From: Squalus acanthias
Lineage: Eukaryota
Reading direction: 5' to 3'
NCBI GenBank assembly: GCA_030390025.1
Contig: CM059431.1
Span: 96,846,001-96,910,000 of the forward strand
Length of the DNA: 64,000 nucleotides
In this document: positions 12,510 to 26,034 of the stretch, in pieces
Layout of the letters: each line of letters opens with the position of its first letter
How positions within the stretch are numbered: position 1 is the stretch's first letter
The notes under the pieces: model-generated
Database searches by the model: none
Told to the model about the DNA's origin: nothing
The model's input: the letters and a program-made list of their open reading frames with translations, nothing else
Made by a program: the position numbers and the translations under genes

Positions 12510-15500
12510 CGGTATGGAGAATGAGCAGGAAATTGGATTTAGACTGGGTGGGGTATTAACGGCTGTGGAAAGTAAGCAGGAGAGTTGGATTGGACTGGGT
12601 GGGATATTAAAGGGTACGGGGAGTGTGCAGGAGAGTGGGATTAGAACGGGTGGGATATTAAACAGTATGGGGAGTGAGCAGGAGAGTGGGATAAAACTGG
12701 TTGGGGCATTAAAGGGTATGGGGAGTGAGCATGAGAGGGGGATTAGACTTGATGGGGCATTAAAGGGTATGGAGAGTGAGCAGTAGAGTGGGATTGGTCT
12801 TGGAGGGATATTAAAGGGTACGGGGAGTGAGCAGGAGAGTGGGATTAGACTGGCTGGGATATTAAAGGGTACGGGAGAGTGGGATTAGACTGGGTGTTAT
12901 ATTAAAGGGTACGGGGAGTTAGCGGGAGAGTGGGATTAGTCTGGGTGGGATATTAAAGGGTACGGGGAGTGAGCGGGAGAGTGGGATTAGTCTGGGTGGG
13001 ATGTTAAAGGGTACGGGGAGTGAGCATGAGAGTGGGATTAGACTGGGTGGGACATTAATTAACACGGGGAGTGAGCAGGAGAGTGGGATTAGACTGAGTG
13101 GGATATTAAAGGGTATGGGGAGTGAGGGGGAGAGTGGGATTTGACTGGGTGGGATACTGAAGGGTATGGGGAGTTAGTGGGAGAGTGGGATTAGTCTGGG
13201 TGGGATGTTAAAGGGTACAGGGAGTGAGCAGGAGAGTGGGATTGGACTGGGAGGGATATTAAGGGGTACGGGGAGTGAGCATGAGAGTGGGATTAGACTG
13301 AGTGGGATATTAAAGGGTACGGGAGAGTTGGATTAGACTGGGTGTTATATTAAAGGGTATAGGCAGTGGGCAGGAGAGTGGGATTAGACTGAGTGGGATA
13401 TTGCAGGGTACGGGGAGTGAGCAGGAGAGTGGGATTGGACTGGGTGGGACATTAATGTGTATGGAGAGTGCTCAGGAGACTGGGATTTGACTGGGTGTGA
13501 TACTGAAGGGTATGGGGAGTTAGCGGGAGAGTGGGATTAGTCTGGGTGGGATATTAAAGGGTACGGGAGTGAGCAGGAGAGTGGGATTAGACTGGGTGGG
13601 ATATTAAAGGGTACGGGAGTGAGCAGGAGAGTGGGATTAGACTGGGTGTAATATTATAGGGTATGGGGAGTGAGCAGGAAAGTGGGATTTGACTGGGTGT
13701 GATACTGAAGGGTATGGGGAGTTAGCGGGAGAGTGGGATTAGTCTGGGTGGGATGTTAAAGGGTAAAGTGAGCATGAGAGGGGGATTATAGAATCATAGA
13801 GTCATAGAGTTATACAGCACAGAAAGAGGCCCTTCGGCCCATCGTGTCCGCGCCGGCCATCAAGTCCTGTCTATTTTAATCCCATTTTCCAGCACTTGGT
13901 CCGTAGCCTTGTATGCTATGGCGTTTCAAGTGCTCATCTAAATGCTTCTTGAATGTGGTGAGGGTTCCTGCCTCTACCACCCTTTCAGGCAGTGAGTTCC
14001 AGATTCCAACCACCCTCTGGGTGAAAAAGTTTTTCCTCAAATCCCCTCTAAACCTCCTGCCCCTTACCTTGAAACTATGCCCCCTGGTTATTGACCCCTC
14101 TACTAAGGGGAAAAGTTCCTTTCTATCTACCCTATCTATGCCCCTCATAATTTTGTACACCTCAATCAGGTCCCCCCTCAGCCTTCTCTGCTCTAAGGAA
14201 AACAACCCCAGCCTGTCCAGTTTCTCTTCATAGCTGAAGCGCTGCAGCCCAGGTGACATCCTGGTGAATCTCCTCTGCACCCTCTCCAATGCAATCACAT
14301 CCTTCCTATAGTGTGGCAACCAGAACTGCACACAGTATTCCAGCTGTGGCCCAACTAGCGTTATGTACAGCTCCATCATAACCTCCCTGCTCTTATATTC
14401 TACGCCTCGGCTAATAAAGGCAAGCATCCCATATGCCTTTTTAACCACCTTATCTACCTGTCCTGCTGCCTTCAGGGATCTATGTACATGCACACCAAGG
14501 TCCCTCTGATCCTAGGGTCCTACCATTCATTGTGTATTCCCTTGCCTTGTTAGTCCTCCCAAAATGCATCACCTCACACTTTTCAGGGTTAAATTCCATT
14601 TGCCACTGTTCTGCCCATCTGACCAACCCGTCTATATTGTCCTGTAGCCTAAGGCTTCCCTCCTCGCTATTTACCACCCCACCAATTTTTGTGTCATCTG
14701 CAAACTTACTGATCATACCTCCTACATTCATATCTAAATCATTAATGTACACTAGAAACAGCAAAGGACCCAGCACCGATCCCTGCGGTACACCACTGGA
14801 CACAGGCTTCCAGTCACAAAAACAACCTTCGACCATCACCCTCTGCCTCCTGCCACTAAGTCAATTTTGGATCCAATGTGCCAAGTTGCCCTGGATCCCA
14901 TGGGCTTTTATCTTCTTGACCAGTCTCCCATGCGGGACTTTGTCAAAAGCCTTACTGAAGTCCATGTAGACCACATCAACTGCACAACCCTCATTAGATT
15001 AGACTGGGTGGAATGATAAAGGGTACGGGGAGGGAGCATGAGAGGGGGATTAGACTGGGTGGGATACTGAAGGGTATGGAGAGTTAGCGGGAGAGTGGGA
15101 TTAGTCTGGGTGGGATGTTAAAGGGTATGGGGAGTGAGCATGAGAGGGGGATTAGACTGGGTGGGGCATTAAAGGGTGCGGGAGAGTGGGATTAGACTGG
15201 GTGTTATATTAAAGGGTATGGGGAGTGAGCAGGAGAGTGGGATTAGACTGGGTGAGGCATTAATGTGTATGGAGAGTGAGCAGGAGACTGGGATTTGACT
15301 GGGTGGGATACTGAAGGGTATGGGGAGTTAGCGGGAGAGTGGGATTAGTCTGGGTGGGATGTTAAAGGGTATGGGGAGTGAGCATGAGAGGGGGATTAGA
15401 CTGGGTGGGATATTAAAGGGTACAGGGAGTGAGCATGAGAGTGGGATTTGACTGGGTGTGATATTAAAGGGTATGGGGAGTGAGGGGGAGAGTGGGATTC

Positions 15501-18410
15501 AACTGGGTGGGATATTAAAGGGTATGGGGAGTTAGCGGGAGAGTGGGATTAGTCTCGGTGGGGCATTAAAGGGTATGGGGAGTGAGCAAGAGATTGGGAT
15601 GAGACTGGGTGGGATACTAAAGGGTACGGGGAGTGAGCAGGAAAGTGGGATTAGACTGGGTGGGATATTAAAAGGTACGGGGAGTGAGCAGGAGAGTGGG
15701 ATTAGACTGGGTGGGGCATTAAAGGGTATGGGGAGTGTGCACGAGAGTGGGATTAGACTGGGTGGGATACTAAAGGGTACGGGAGTGAGCAGGAGAGTGG
15801 GATTAGAACGGGTGGGATATTAAACGGTATGGGGAGTGAGCAGGAGAGTGGGATTGGACTGGGTGGGATATTAAAGGGTACGGGAGTGAGCGGGAGAGTG
15901 GGATTAGACTGGGTGGGATATTAATTAATTCAGGGATTGAGGGGGAGAGTGGGATTAGACTGGGTGGGATATTAAAGGTTATGGGGAGTGGGCAGGAGAG
16001 TGGGATTAGATTGAGTGGGATATTAAAGGGTACGGGGAGTGAGCAGGAGAGCGGGATTAGACTGGGTGGGATATTCAAGGGTACTATAAGTGAGCAGGAG
16101 AGTGGGATTAGACTGGGTGGGATATTAAAAGGTATGGGGAGTGAGCAGGAAAGTGGGATTAGACTGGGTGGGATATTAAAGGGTACGGGGAGTGAGCAGG
16201 AGAGTGGGATTAGACTGGGTGGGATATTCAAGGGTACGATTGGTGAGCAGGAGAGTGTGATTAGACTGGTTGTGATATTAAAGGGTATGGGGAGTGATCA
16301 GGAGATTGGGATGAGACTGGGTGGGACATTAAAATGTACGGGGAGTGAGTAGGAAAGTGGGATTAGACTGGGTGGGATATTAAAAGGTACGGGGAGTGAG
16401 CAGGAAAGTGGGATTAGACTGGGTGGGATATTAAAAGGTATGGGGAGTGAGCAGGAGAGTGGGATTAGAATGGGTGGGACATTAATTAACACGGGGAGTA
16501 AGCAGGAGAGTGGGATTAGAATGGGTGGGACATTAATTAACACGGGAAGTAAGCAGGAGAGTGGGATTCGACTGGGTGGGATATTATAGGGTACGGGGAA
16601 TTAGCGGGAGAGTGGAATTAGTCTGGGTGGGGCATTAAAGGGTAAAGGGAGTGAGCAGGAGAGTGGGATTAGACTGGGTGGGGCATTAAAGTGTACGGGG
16701 AGTGAGCAGGAGATTGGGATTAGACTGGGTGGGATATTAAAGGGTACGGGGAGTGAGCAGGAAAGTGGGATTAGACTGGGTGGGATACTAAAAGGTACGG
16801 GGAGTGAGCAGGAAAGTGGGATTAGACTGGGTGGGGCATTAAATGGTACGGTGAGTGAGAATGAGAGTGGGATTAGATTGGGTGGGATATTATAGGGTAC
16901 GGGAGTGAGCAGGAGAGTGGGACAAGAACGGGTGGGATATTAAAGGGTATGGGGAGTGAGCAGGAGAGTTGAATTTGACTGGGTGGGATACTGAAGGGTA
17001 TGGGGAGTTGGCGGGAGAGTGGGATTAGTCTGGGTCGGATGTTAAAAGGTACGGGGAGTGAGCATGAGAGGGGAATTGGACTGGGTGGGATATTAAAAGG
17101 TATGGGGAGTGAGCGGGAGAGTGGGATTAGACTGGGTGAGGCATTAAAGTGTATGGAGAGTGAGCAGGAGAGTTGTATTTGACTGGGCGCGATACTGAAG
17201 GGTATGGGGAGTTAGCGGGAGAGTGGGATTAGTCTGGGTGGGATGTTAAATGGTACGGGATGTGAGGGGGAGAGTGGGATTAGACTGGGTGGAATATTAA
17301 TTAATACAGGGATTGAGGGGGAGAGTGGGATTAGACTGGGTGAGATATTAAAGGGTACGGGGAGTGAGGGGGAGAGTGGGATTAGACTGGGTGGGGCATT
17401 AAAGGGTGCTGGGAGTGAGGGGGAGAGTGGGATTAGACTGGGTGGGGCATTAAAGTGTATGGGGAGTGAGCAGGAGAGTGGGATTAGACTGGGTGGGATA
17501 TTAAAGGGTACAGGGAGTGAGGGGGAGAGTGGGATTAGACTGGGTGGGATATTAAAGGGTACGGGGAGTGAGGGGGAGAGTGGGATTAGACTGGGTGGGG
17601 CATTAAAGGGTGCTGGGAGTGAGGGGGAGAGTGGGATTAGACTGGGTGGGGCATTAAAGTGTATGGGGAGTGAGCAGGAGAGTGGGATTAGACTGGGTGG
17701 GATATTAAAGGGTACAGGGAGTGAGGGGGAGAGTGGGATTAGACTGGGTGGGATATTAAAGGGTACGGGGATTGAGGGGGAGAGTGGGATTAGTCTAGGT
17801 GGGGCATTAAAGGGTGCTGGGAGTGAGGGGGAGAGTGGGATTAGACTGGGTGGGATATTAAAGGGTACGGGGAGTGAGCGGGAGAGTGGGATTAGTCAAT
17901 GTGGGGCATTAAAGGGTATGGGGAGTGAGGGGAGAGTGGGTTTAGACTGGGTGAGATATTAAAGGGTACGGGGAGTGAGCAGGAGAGTGGCATTCGACTG
18001 GGTGATATTAAAGGGTACGGGGAATTAGCGGGAGAGTGGAATTAGTCTGGGTGGGGCATTAAAGGGTATGGGGAGTGAGCAAGAGAATGCTATTAGACTG
18101 GGTGGGGCATTAAAGGGTAAGGGGAGTGAGCAGGAGAGTGAGATTAGACTGGGTGGGGCATTAAAGTGTGTGGGGAGTGAGTAGTAAAGTGGCATTAGAC
18201 TGGGTGGGATATTAAAGTGTACGGGGAGTGAGCAGGAGAGTGGGATTAGACTGGGTGGGATATTAAAGTGTACGGGGAGTGAGGGGGAGAGTGGGATTAG
18301 ACTGGGTGGGATATTAAATGGTATGGGGAGTGAGCAGGAGAGTGGGATTAGACTGGATGGGATATTAAAGGGTGTGGGGAGTGGGCAGGAGAGTGGGATT
18401 GGATTAGAGA
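12510..18410 (+). repeat. 51-bp satellite, expanded array (~90 copies) interrupted by a CR1
   Basis: Same unit as 5270-6410, with some 4-unit higher-order repeats near 17330-17720. Confidence 0.95.
13790..14993 (-). mobile_element. 5'-truncated CR1 LINE inserted in the 51-bp satellite
   Basis: RT motifs GVPQGSVLGP and SKFADDTK, C-terminus SIQGYGPSAGKWD*, 8-bp tail repeats (actctatg)n; absent from unit 1. Confidence 0.95.
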
Positions 18411-19298
18411 TGTAGGGGAATGAAGCCATAAACTCTGGAGCCATTAAAGACGCTGTTATGAGCATTGTGGGCTTTGAGGGAACGAACGGTCTATGGGCCC
18501 TAAGACTTCCCTCATCAGTACACAACTTTGTGACTTTGTAAACTTTCTCTGTATTTACATTAATACTCATCGCTATTTTAGAGAAAGTTGGCAGTTAATA
18601 TGATGTAATGAATATCTGAATATTCCTTCCACCGTGTTAGCAACCCTTCTTAAAATGGAACAGTAAGTATTTTGAAAAACATTTAAAAACTCTTCTTACA
18701 GGTTTCAGGTCTGTCTTACATATTTCCTCAGGTACAATGCTGGTCACTCTTGTAAGTGGTCTCAGCATCTTATGTTCAGGAGTCTCCCCAATCTTTAATT
18801 ATATGTAACCGGGCTCTAACAATCGGACCTGTTTGTACAGTGAGGACACATACAAATGCTTTCGCTCAGACACCAAGTGAAGGCACTGGGAAAATTTTCA
18901 TCCTCACCGCATGGGCAGTGGTCAGACGGAATGAATCGCCCAGCTGCTATGGAACCCGCCCAATTTTCATTCTATTGAAATCCGCTCTGTCAGATTAGCA
19001 GCCGTTGGGTGAAGACATAAATTTACCCAAAGTAACAGTCAAAGCAAATCATATTTTCTTACTTAAATCTCATTTGTTTCCTCAAAAGCATGGGGATGAA
19101 ATGCTAAACACTGTGCCCTGCCATTTTCATGGTTTGGTTTTTGGGCATCATGTTACTTTCAGATTCCTTCTACCTGCAAAAACACAGAGCTGTCGCACAG
19201 ACATCTGTTCAAAACTTCCTGTCTCTGTGTCCCTTTTCTCTGTTAATTCTGATCCCAGGAAGCAGTGGAGTTTGTGCCTGTCCCAGCAGGTGTCACAG

Positions 19299-20876
19299 CC
19301 ATGGCTCAGTAGGTAGCAGCCTTGCCTCTGAAGGTTGTGGGTTCAAGTCCCACTACAGAGACTTGAGTACAAGATCCAGGCTCACACTCCAGTGCGGTAC
19401 TGAGGGATTGCTGCACAGTTGGAGGGTCAGTACTGAGGGAGCGCTGCACTGTCGGAGGGTCAGTACTGAGGGAGCGCTGCACTGTCGGAGGGAAAGTACT
19501 GAGGGAGCGCTGCACTGTCGGAGGGGCAGTACTGAGGGAGCGCTGCACTGTCGGAGGGGCAGTACTGAGGGAGCGCTGCACTGTCGGAGGGTCAGTACTG
19601 AGGGAGCGCTGCACTATCGGAGGGGCAGTACTGAGGGAGCGCTGCACTGTTGGAGGGTCAGTACTGAGGGAGCGCTGCACTGTCGGAGGGGCAGTACTGA
19701 GGGAGCGCTGCACTGTCGGAGGGAAAGTACTGAGGGAGCGCTGCACTTTCGGAGGGGCAGTAATGAGGGAGCACCGCACTGTCGGAGGGGCAGTACTGAG
19801 GGAGCGCCACACGGTCAGAGGGTCAGTACTGAGGGAGCGCTGCACTGTCGGAGGGTCAGTACTGAGGGAGCGCTGCACTGTCGGAGGGGCAGTACTGAGG
19901 GAGCGCTGCACTGTCGGAGGGTCAGTACTGAGGGAGCGCTGCACTGTCGGAGGGGCAGTACTGAGGGAGCGCTGCACTGTCGGAGGGGCAGTACTGAGGG
20001 AGCGCTGCACTGTCGGAGGGGCAGTAATGAGGGAGCACCGCACGGTCAGAGGGTCAGTACTGAGGGAGCGCTGCACTGTCGGAGGGTCAGTACTGAGGGA
20101 GCGCTGCACTGTCGGAGGGAAAGTACTGAGGGAGCGCTGCACTGTTGGAGGGGCAGTACTGAGGGAGCGCTGCACTGTCGGAGGGGCAGTACTGAGGGAG
20201 CGCTGCACTGTCGGAGGGGCAGTACTGAGGGAGCGCTGCACTGTCGGAGGGTCAGTACTGAGGGAGCGCTGCACTGTCGGAGGGGCAGTACTGAGGGAGC
20301 GCTGCACTGTCGGAGGGGCAGTACTGAGGGAGCGCTGCACTGTCGGAGGGGCAGTACTGAGGGAGCGCTGCACTGTCGGAGGGTCAGTACTGAGGGAGCG
20401 CTGCACTGTCGGAGGGGCAGTACTGAGGGAGCGCTGCACTGTCGGAGGGTCAGTACTGAGGGAGCGCTGCACTGTCGGAGGGGCAGTACTGAGGGAGCGC
20501 TGCACTGTCGGAGGGGCAGTACTGAGGGAGCGCTGCACTGTCGGACGTGCCGTCTTTCGGATGAGAGATTAAACCGAGGCCCCGCACGCCCTCTCAAGTG
20601 GACGTAAAAGATCCCACGGCACTATTTCGAAGAAGAGCAGGGGAGTTCTCCCCGGTGTCCTGGCCAATATTTATCCCACAAACAAGATCACTAAAACAGA
20701 TGATCCGGTCATTATCACATTGCTGTTTGTTGGAGCTTCCTGTGCATAAATTGGCTGCCGCGTTTCCGACACAACAGTGACTACACTTCAAAAAGTACTT
20801 CATTGGCTGTAAAGTGCTTTGGAAAGTCCAGTGGTCGTGAAAGGTGCTTTATAAATGCAGGTCTTTCTTTTCCTGG
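19299..20876 (+). mobile_element. tRNA-derived Deu-domain SINE (SacSINE1/AmnSINE1-like) with ~34 internal 33-bp repeats
   Basis: Pol III A box tggctcagtagg, B box gttcaagtcc, Deu core tgccgtctttcggatgag..gtaaaagatccca and tail ataaatgcaggtctttcttt; flanked by 35-bp imperfect direct repeats. The family name comes from recalled consensus, not a search. Confidence 0.8.
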
Positions 20877-21199
20877 AGTGGAGGTAGTGCCTTTCCCAGT
20901 AGGTTTCTCAGGAAAACCAATTATCCGGTCCCCCGGGCGTACATTGCCCACAGACACCTGATGCTGTGCCACGTGAATAGAACCACCCTCCCCATAAGTC
21001 TGTTAATAGTTGTTGCCTCACACTGCAGGACCAATTTCCCCATGTCCCTGCTCACCTGGTTCAAGTGCACACTTTCCAAAACTGCAGCCGTGGCCTTTCT
21101 TTGTAAACCAGTGCGGATTCATTTTTTTAAAAACACAATTCTTAAACATTGTTCAATCCCAAAATCCTTTCTGTGATAGAAAAACATCAAAAATCGCAA

Positions 21200-22553
21200 A
21201 GCATTTCCTTATGTCACCTCTAGTTCTTTTGTCAATCACTTTAAATCTGTGTCCTCTGATTACCAAACCTCCTGCCACTGGAGACAGTTTCTCCTTTTTT
21301 ACTCTATCAAAGCCCTTCATGATTTTGAACACCTCTATCAAATATCCCCTTAACCTTCTCTGTTCTAAGGAAAACAATCCCAGATTCTTTACTCTCCATA
21401 TAACTGAGGTCTCTCCTCCCTGGTACAATTCTAGTAAATCTCTTCTGCACCCTCTCCCTCTCCCTCTCCAAGTGTGGCGCCCAGAATTGAACACAATACT
21501 CCAGCTGTTTTATAAAGGTTTAGCATAACTTCCTTGCTTTTGTAGTCTATGCCTCTATTAATAAATCCAAGGATCCTGTATGCCATTTTAACAGCCTTCT
21601 CAAGTTGTCCTGCCACCTTCAGCTGCAAGTCTCTCTGTCCTGAACCCCCTTTAAAATTGTACCATTTAGCTTATATTCTCTTCATTCTTCCTACCAAAAT
21701 GAATCACTCCACACGTCTCTACGTTAAATTTCATCTGCCACGTGTCTGTCCATTTCACTATGTCCTCCTGAAGTCTGTTATATTCTCCTCGTCGTTTAAA
21801 ATTTTGAAATTATGTCCTGTACATCCGTCGAGGTCATTAATATATATCAAAAGGAGCAGTGGTCCAAAAACCGACCTCTGGGGGACACCACTGCACACTT
21901 CCCTCCAGTCTGAAAAACAACCGTTCACCACTACTCTCTGCTTTCTGTCCCATAACCAATTTTGTATCCATGCTGCCAATGCCTCTTTAATCCCATGGAC
22001 ATATATTTTGATAATAAGTCTATTATGTGGCACCTAATCAAACGACTTTTGAAAGTCCATATACACAACATCAACCGCACTACCCTCATTAACCCTCTCC
22101 GTTAATTCATCAAAGAACTCAATCAAGTTAGTGAAACATGATTTTCCTTTAACAAATCAGCAGTGACTTTCATTTATTAGCCCATATTTTTCCAAGTGCC
22201 AATTAATTTTGTTCCGGATTATTGTCTCTAAAAGTTTCCCCACCACCGACGTTAGGCTGACTGGCCTGTAATTTCCGGATTTATCCCTCTCCCCTTTATT
22301 GAACAGGAGTGTAATATTTACAATTCTCCAGTTCTCTGGCACCACCCCTATATCTAAGGAGGATTGGAAGATTATGGTCAGAGCCTCCACAATTTCCACC
22401 CTTCGTTCCCTCTGTAACCTAGGCTGCATCCCATCTGGACCGGATAACTTTTCTACTTTGAGTACTGCCAACCTTTTAAATTCCTCCTCTTTATACATTT
22501 TTATCCTATCCAATATCGCTACTGCCTCCTCCTTTGCCACTACATTGGCAGCA
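21200..22553 (-). mobile_element. Degraded CR1 LINE ORF2 fragment, duplicate of 7585-8975
   Basis: Near-identical translation (MAKEEAVAILDRIK..). Confidence 0.9.
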
Positions 22554-22741
22554 TTCTGTTTTAAACCACAGCACAGGCACCTGTCAATAGCTTGTCTATA
22601 TCAGCAAGTGTAAACCACGACCAAGTCTGAACACAAGCTAAATGGCTTCTTTTTAAAGTCATACTCAGCCAGGGCTACTGGCAGTGAGCGCCTTTCAATC
22701 TATAAAATTCATCACTGATATAGACTGTGCCTCGCTCTTAC

Positions 22742-22801
22742 CGTGTAATATATGGACAAGAGGTTTCTGAGAACGTGTCTCCACATTGGGTGTGTGCAGG
22801 C
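22742..22801 (-). CDS. Candidate 60-nt symmetric exon, duplicate
   Basis: Same sequence and splice sites as 9163-9222. Confidence 0.5.
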
Positions 22802-23228
22802 CTGCAGAAGAGAGAATGGGGGAATCTGGGAATTCTGCTTCAAACTATCCACAGAAACATCATTAGTAACGTTTGGACAGAACAGTAATTGAAACTATAT
22901 CAGCACGTTTTGACATTTAAACATTAACCTTTAATATCCCACCCAGTCTAATCCCACTCTCCCCCTCACTCCCCACACCCTTTAATATCCCACCCAGTCG
23001 AATCCCACTCTCCTGCTGTAAACCCCAGATCTGTAGGCGTTGACACACCTTGAGGTGCTACCCTTGGAGATAGTGGGTCGACAGTCCATGGTACACATCG
23101 GAGAGGGGCGTGCAAGTGGTGACCCCAAGCCTACAGGTAGTAAATATTCTGCAATCTTTCACTTCACTCAAGAAATGGTTTATTCACCTGCGTCTTCTGC
23201 CAATTTAACTGCTACCACAGTCTCATAC

Positions 23229-23309
23229 CAAAGGCTGCTGGATATCTGTCCCAAGGGATGTCTGCAGTTTCCAATTCAAGCCTTTTCCATTGTGTTTCCA
23301 TAGGGCCAC
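23229..23309 (-). CDS. Candidate 81-nt phase 1-1 exon (GPMETQWKRLELETADIPWDRYPAAF)
   Basis: Duplicate of 9803-9883 with splice sites and frame kept. Confidence 0.5.
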
Positions 23310-23713
23310 CTGAAGAGCAGGAACCATTAGGGCCAGAGGCAGAGGGCATGGCCGTTTCCCACCTACTTTTCCAAGTTGTACTCATCCTCTGCCTCATGAT
23401 CACCTTTACACTTTGACTGAAATTACCAAATGTAGGAAAGTATAGGGCGAAATTATTTCATTCTTTCTCCAGTGGACTTGAATGGGAGTAAATAAATTAC
23501 TGGCCAATCTATTTTTAAATGTATAAGAGGATTTTGTGACCCTGCCTTGGCTACAGTAGTACATCTCCGTTCAGGAAACAGAATAGTTCTGTGCTATGAC
23601 ATCCAATCCATGCTGAAATATACTGCCGGCCTCTAACTGTAGCCCTCAGCACCGCAATCTTTGCTCAATCTTTCACAATGATCTGCTTCAAAATCATCAG
23701 ACCTTGTGCTTAC

Positions 23714-23827
23714 CGTATAACATGGATAACAATAACCCGTCAGCATTTTTCTCAGTGCTGTCATTGGTATAATCCACCACTACGTCCGAGTCAGTCGGAG
23801 AGGGCGTCACATCATCCTTCGAAATAT
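23714..23827 (-). CDS. Candidate 114-nt phase 1-1 exon (ISKDDVTPSPTDSDVVVDYTNDSTEKNADGLLLSMLY)
   Basis: Acceptor ttgtttactgtag, donor TACG|gtaagc. Confidence 0.5.
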
Positions 23828-26034
23828 CTACAGTAAACAATTCAAAAGTATTCGATTAAAAACAAGGTCAGCAGTTAAAGTATCTCTGTTGAACTAAATG
23901 AACAACTAACTATATCTTGACTCAGTCACATCTATCTAAGTCTCTGCAATGTAAGAAGGGGCCAGAGTTTCCTTGTTAACATAAGTGAGTAAAGCACCAG
24001 CTGGGTGAGGGCACTTAGGAAAATGGTTTATGATGATTACCTGGACTCAGGTATGGGGGACGGCAGAGAGATAAACGGATGAGTGTGAGGGAGCGAGGGT
24101 GGTGAAAAGAATTATCTGCTGACGTGCAGAGTGGTCACACAGAATTGTTATATACAGAGTGTAAAGTTGGGAATTTGCTGAGAGTGTGAATTTGGTGCAG
24201 AGGGGGAAAGAGGTGCTACTTTTTGCCTCCAATACTTGTAGTGGTTCATGTAAGCTTGAGGGTGTAAGTATTTAAACTTTTGTCCTGTGTTTTAGTGCTT
24301 AGTGCAAATTAGTGTGTAAAAAAAACTTACAACTGACTAAAATGTAGATATAAATAATCTAGACTAAGATATGGCAGAGCAGGTTGTATGTCTGGACTGC
24401 AGTATGTGGGAGTTTGTGGCCAGGGAGACTGTACTGAGCGAACATGTCTGCAGTAGATGTCACCGTCTCGAATCTCTCCGGCTCAGAGTTATTGAGCTAA
24501 AGTGTGAGTTGGAGACACTCTGACACATTAAGGGAGGGGAATGAGTATCTGGACAGTTTGCTCCAGACCTTGGTCACACCTTGTAGAGAGGTGCAGGATC
24601 AGAATGGTGTTGGTGTAACCGATAGTTTACAGAGTAAGGTGAACCCAGGTGAGATAGTGAAGGAGGACCCGCTGAAACTGACCTTATCCAACCGCAGAAA
24701 CTGATCCTATGCAACAGGCACAATGTACTTGCTACCTGCGAGGATAAGGATAAAGACTGCCAGAAGGATAGCCAGAATGCGGACCATGGCACCTTGGATC
24801 AGGAGACTGTCCAAAGGGGGTGGGGGGGGAGGAGGAGAAGCGTAATGTGGTAGTTGTTGGGGATTCAATAATTAGGGGGACAGAGAGCATCCTTTGTAAG
24901 CAGGATCGAGAGTCCCACATGGTATGCTGCCTACCTGGTGCCAGGAGAGGGACATCACGAACCGGCTTGAAAGGATATTGGACAGGGATGGGGGGGATCC
25001 AGCCGTTGTGATCTATGTTGGGACCAGCAACATAGGAAAGAGTAGGCAAGAGGTTATGGTTGGAGAGTACCTGGAGTTAGGAGCTAAATTAAATAGCAGG
25101 ACCTCAAGGGTTAGTACCCGAACCATGTGCAAATTGGCGTAGGGATAAGCAGATTAGGGAGGTAAACACATGGCTGAAGGTGTGGTGTGTGAAAGAGGGG
25201 TTCTATTTTATGGGACACTGGCACCAGTACTGAGCAAGGAAGGAATTGTTCCGTTGGGACAGGCTCCACCTGAACCAGGCTGGGACCAGGGTCCTAGCGG
25301 AAAGGATAAATAGGATGGCCACAAGGACTTTAAACTAGTAAATTGGGGGGAGGCCTCAGTTGGAAAAGGTAGTATAAATAATAGTTCTAAAACAAACAAA
25401 AGGAAAGAGAGTAGAGTAATAGTCAGAAATTGTGCTTTAGGCACTACAGGTAAAGGGAAAACTAAAAGATGTAAAGTAATTAAACCAGGAGAGAGAAATA
25501 AGAAATGTGTGAGTAAAACATTAGAGCTGAAGGATAGGTTAGGGTGTGTGGCCCAAATAAATGTTCTTTATACAAATGCATGGAGTATAAAGAACAAATT
25601 GAATGAACTGCAGGCACGAATTCAGCTTAGAGGGTATGACATGGTAGCCATTACTGAGACATGGCTGCAAGATGGTCAGGACTGGGAACAAATATACCAG
25701 CTTATAAGGTCTACAGGAAAGATAGGGAAAATGGTAGTGGGGAAGGAGTAACCTTAGTGATTAAGGATGAAATCACTTCAATGATAAGAGAGGATATAAT
25801 GAAAGGTAAGCAGGCAGTGGAGACTTTATGGGTAGAATTAAGAAATAGAAAAAGATTTAAGACTGTAGTGGGAGTTGTGCATAGGCCCCCTGGTAGCAGC
25901 TGTGAAATGCTAGATTGTATAAATGCAGAGATTAGACAAGCATTTATTTCATATAGATTGGGATAAGCAGACTATCACCTATCAGAAAGGTAGTGAATTT
26001 CTTGAGTATGTTCAGGATAGTTTTCTGCAACAAT

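Larger units (their letters stand above)
11114..24581. repeat. Segmental tandem duplication, unit 2 (~13.5 kb)
   Basis: Same block order as unit 1. It is longer because of satellite expansion, a CR1 insertion and a SINE, and ends at ttggtcacacct where the intact CR1 continues. Confidence 0.9.

Noticed and set aside
5461..17962. ORFs of GSEQESGIRLGGILKGT repeats
   Set aside because: Satellite translation with frequent stops and indels between copies.
19299..19360. tRNA gene
   Set aside because: The A and B boxes belong to a SINE head, and no full cloverleaf is visible.
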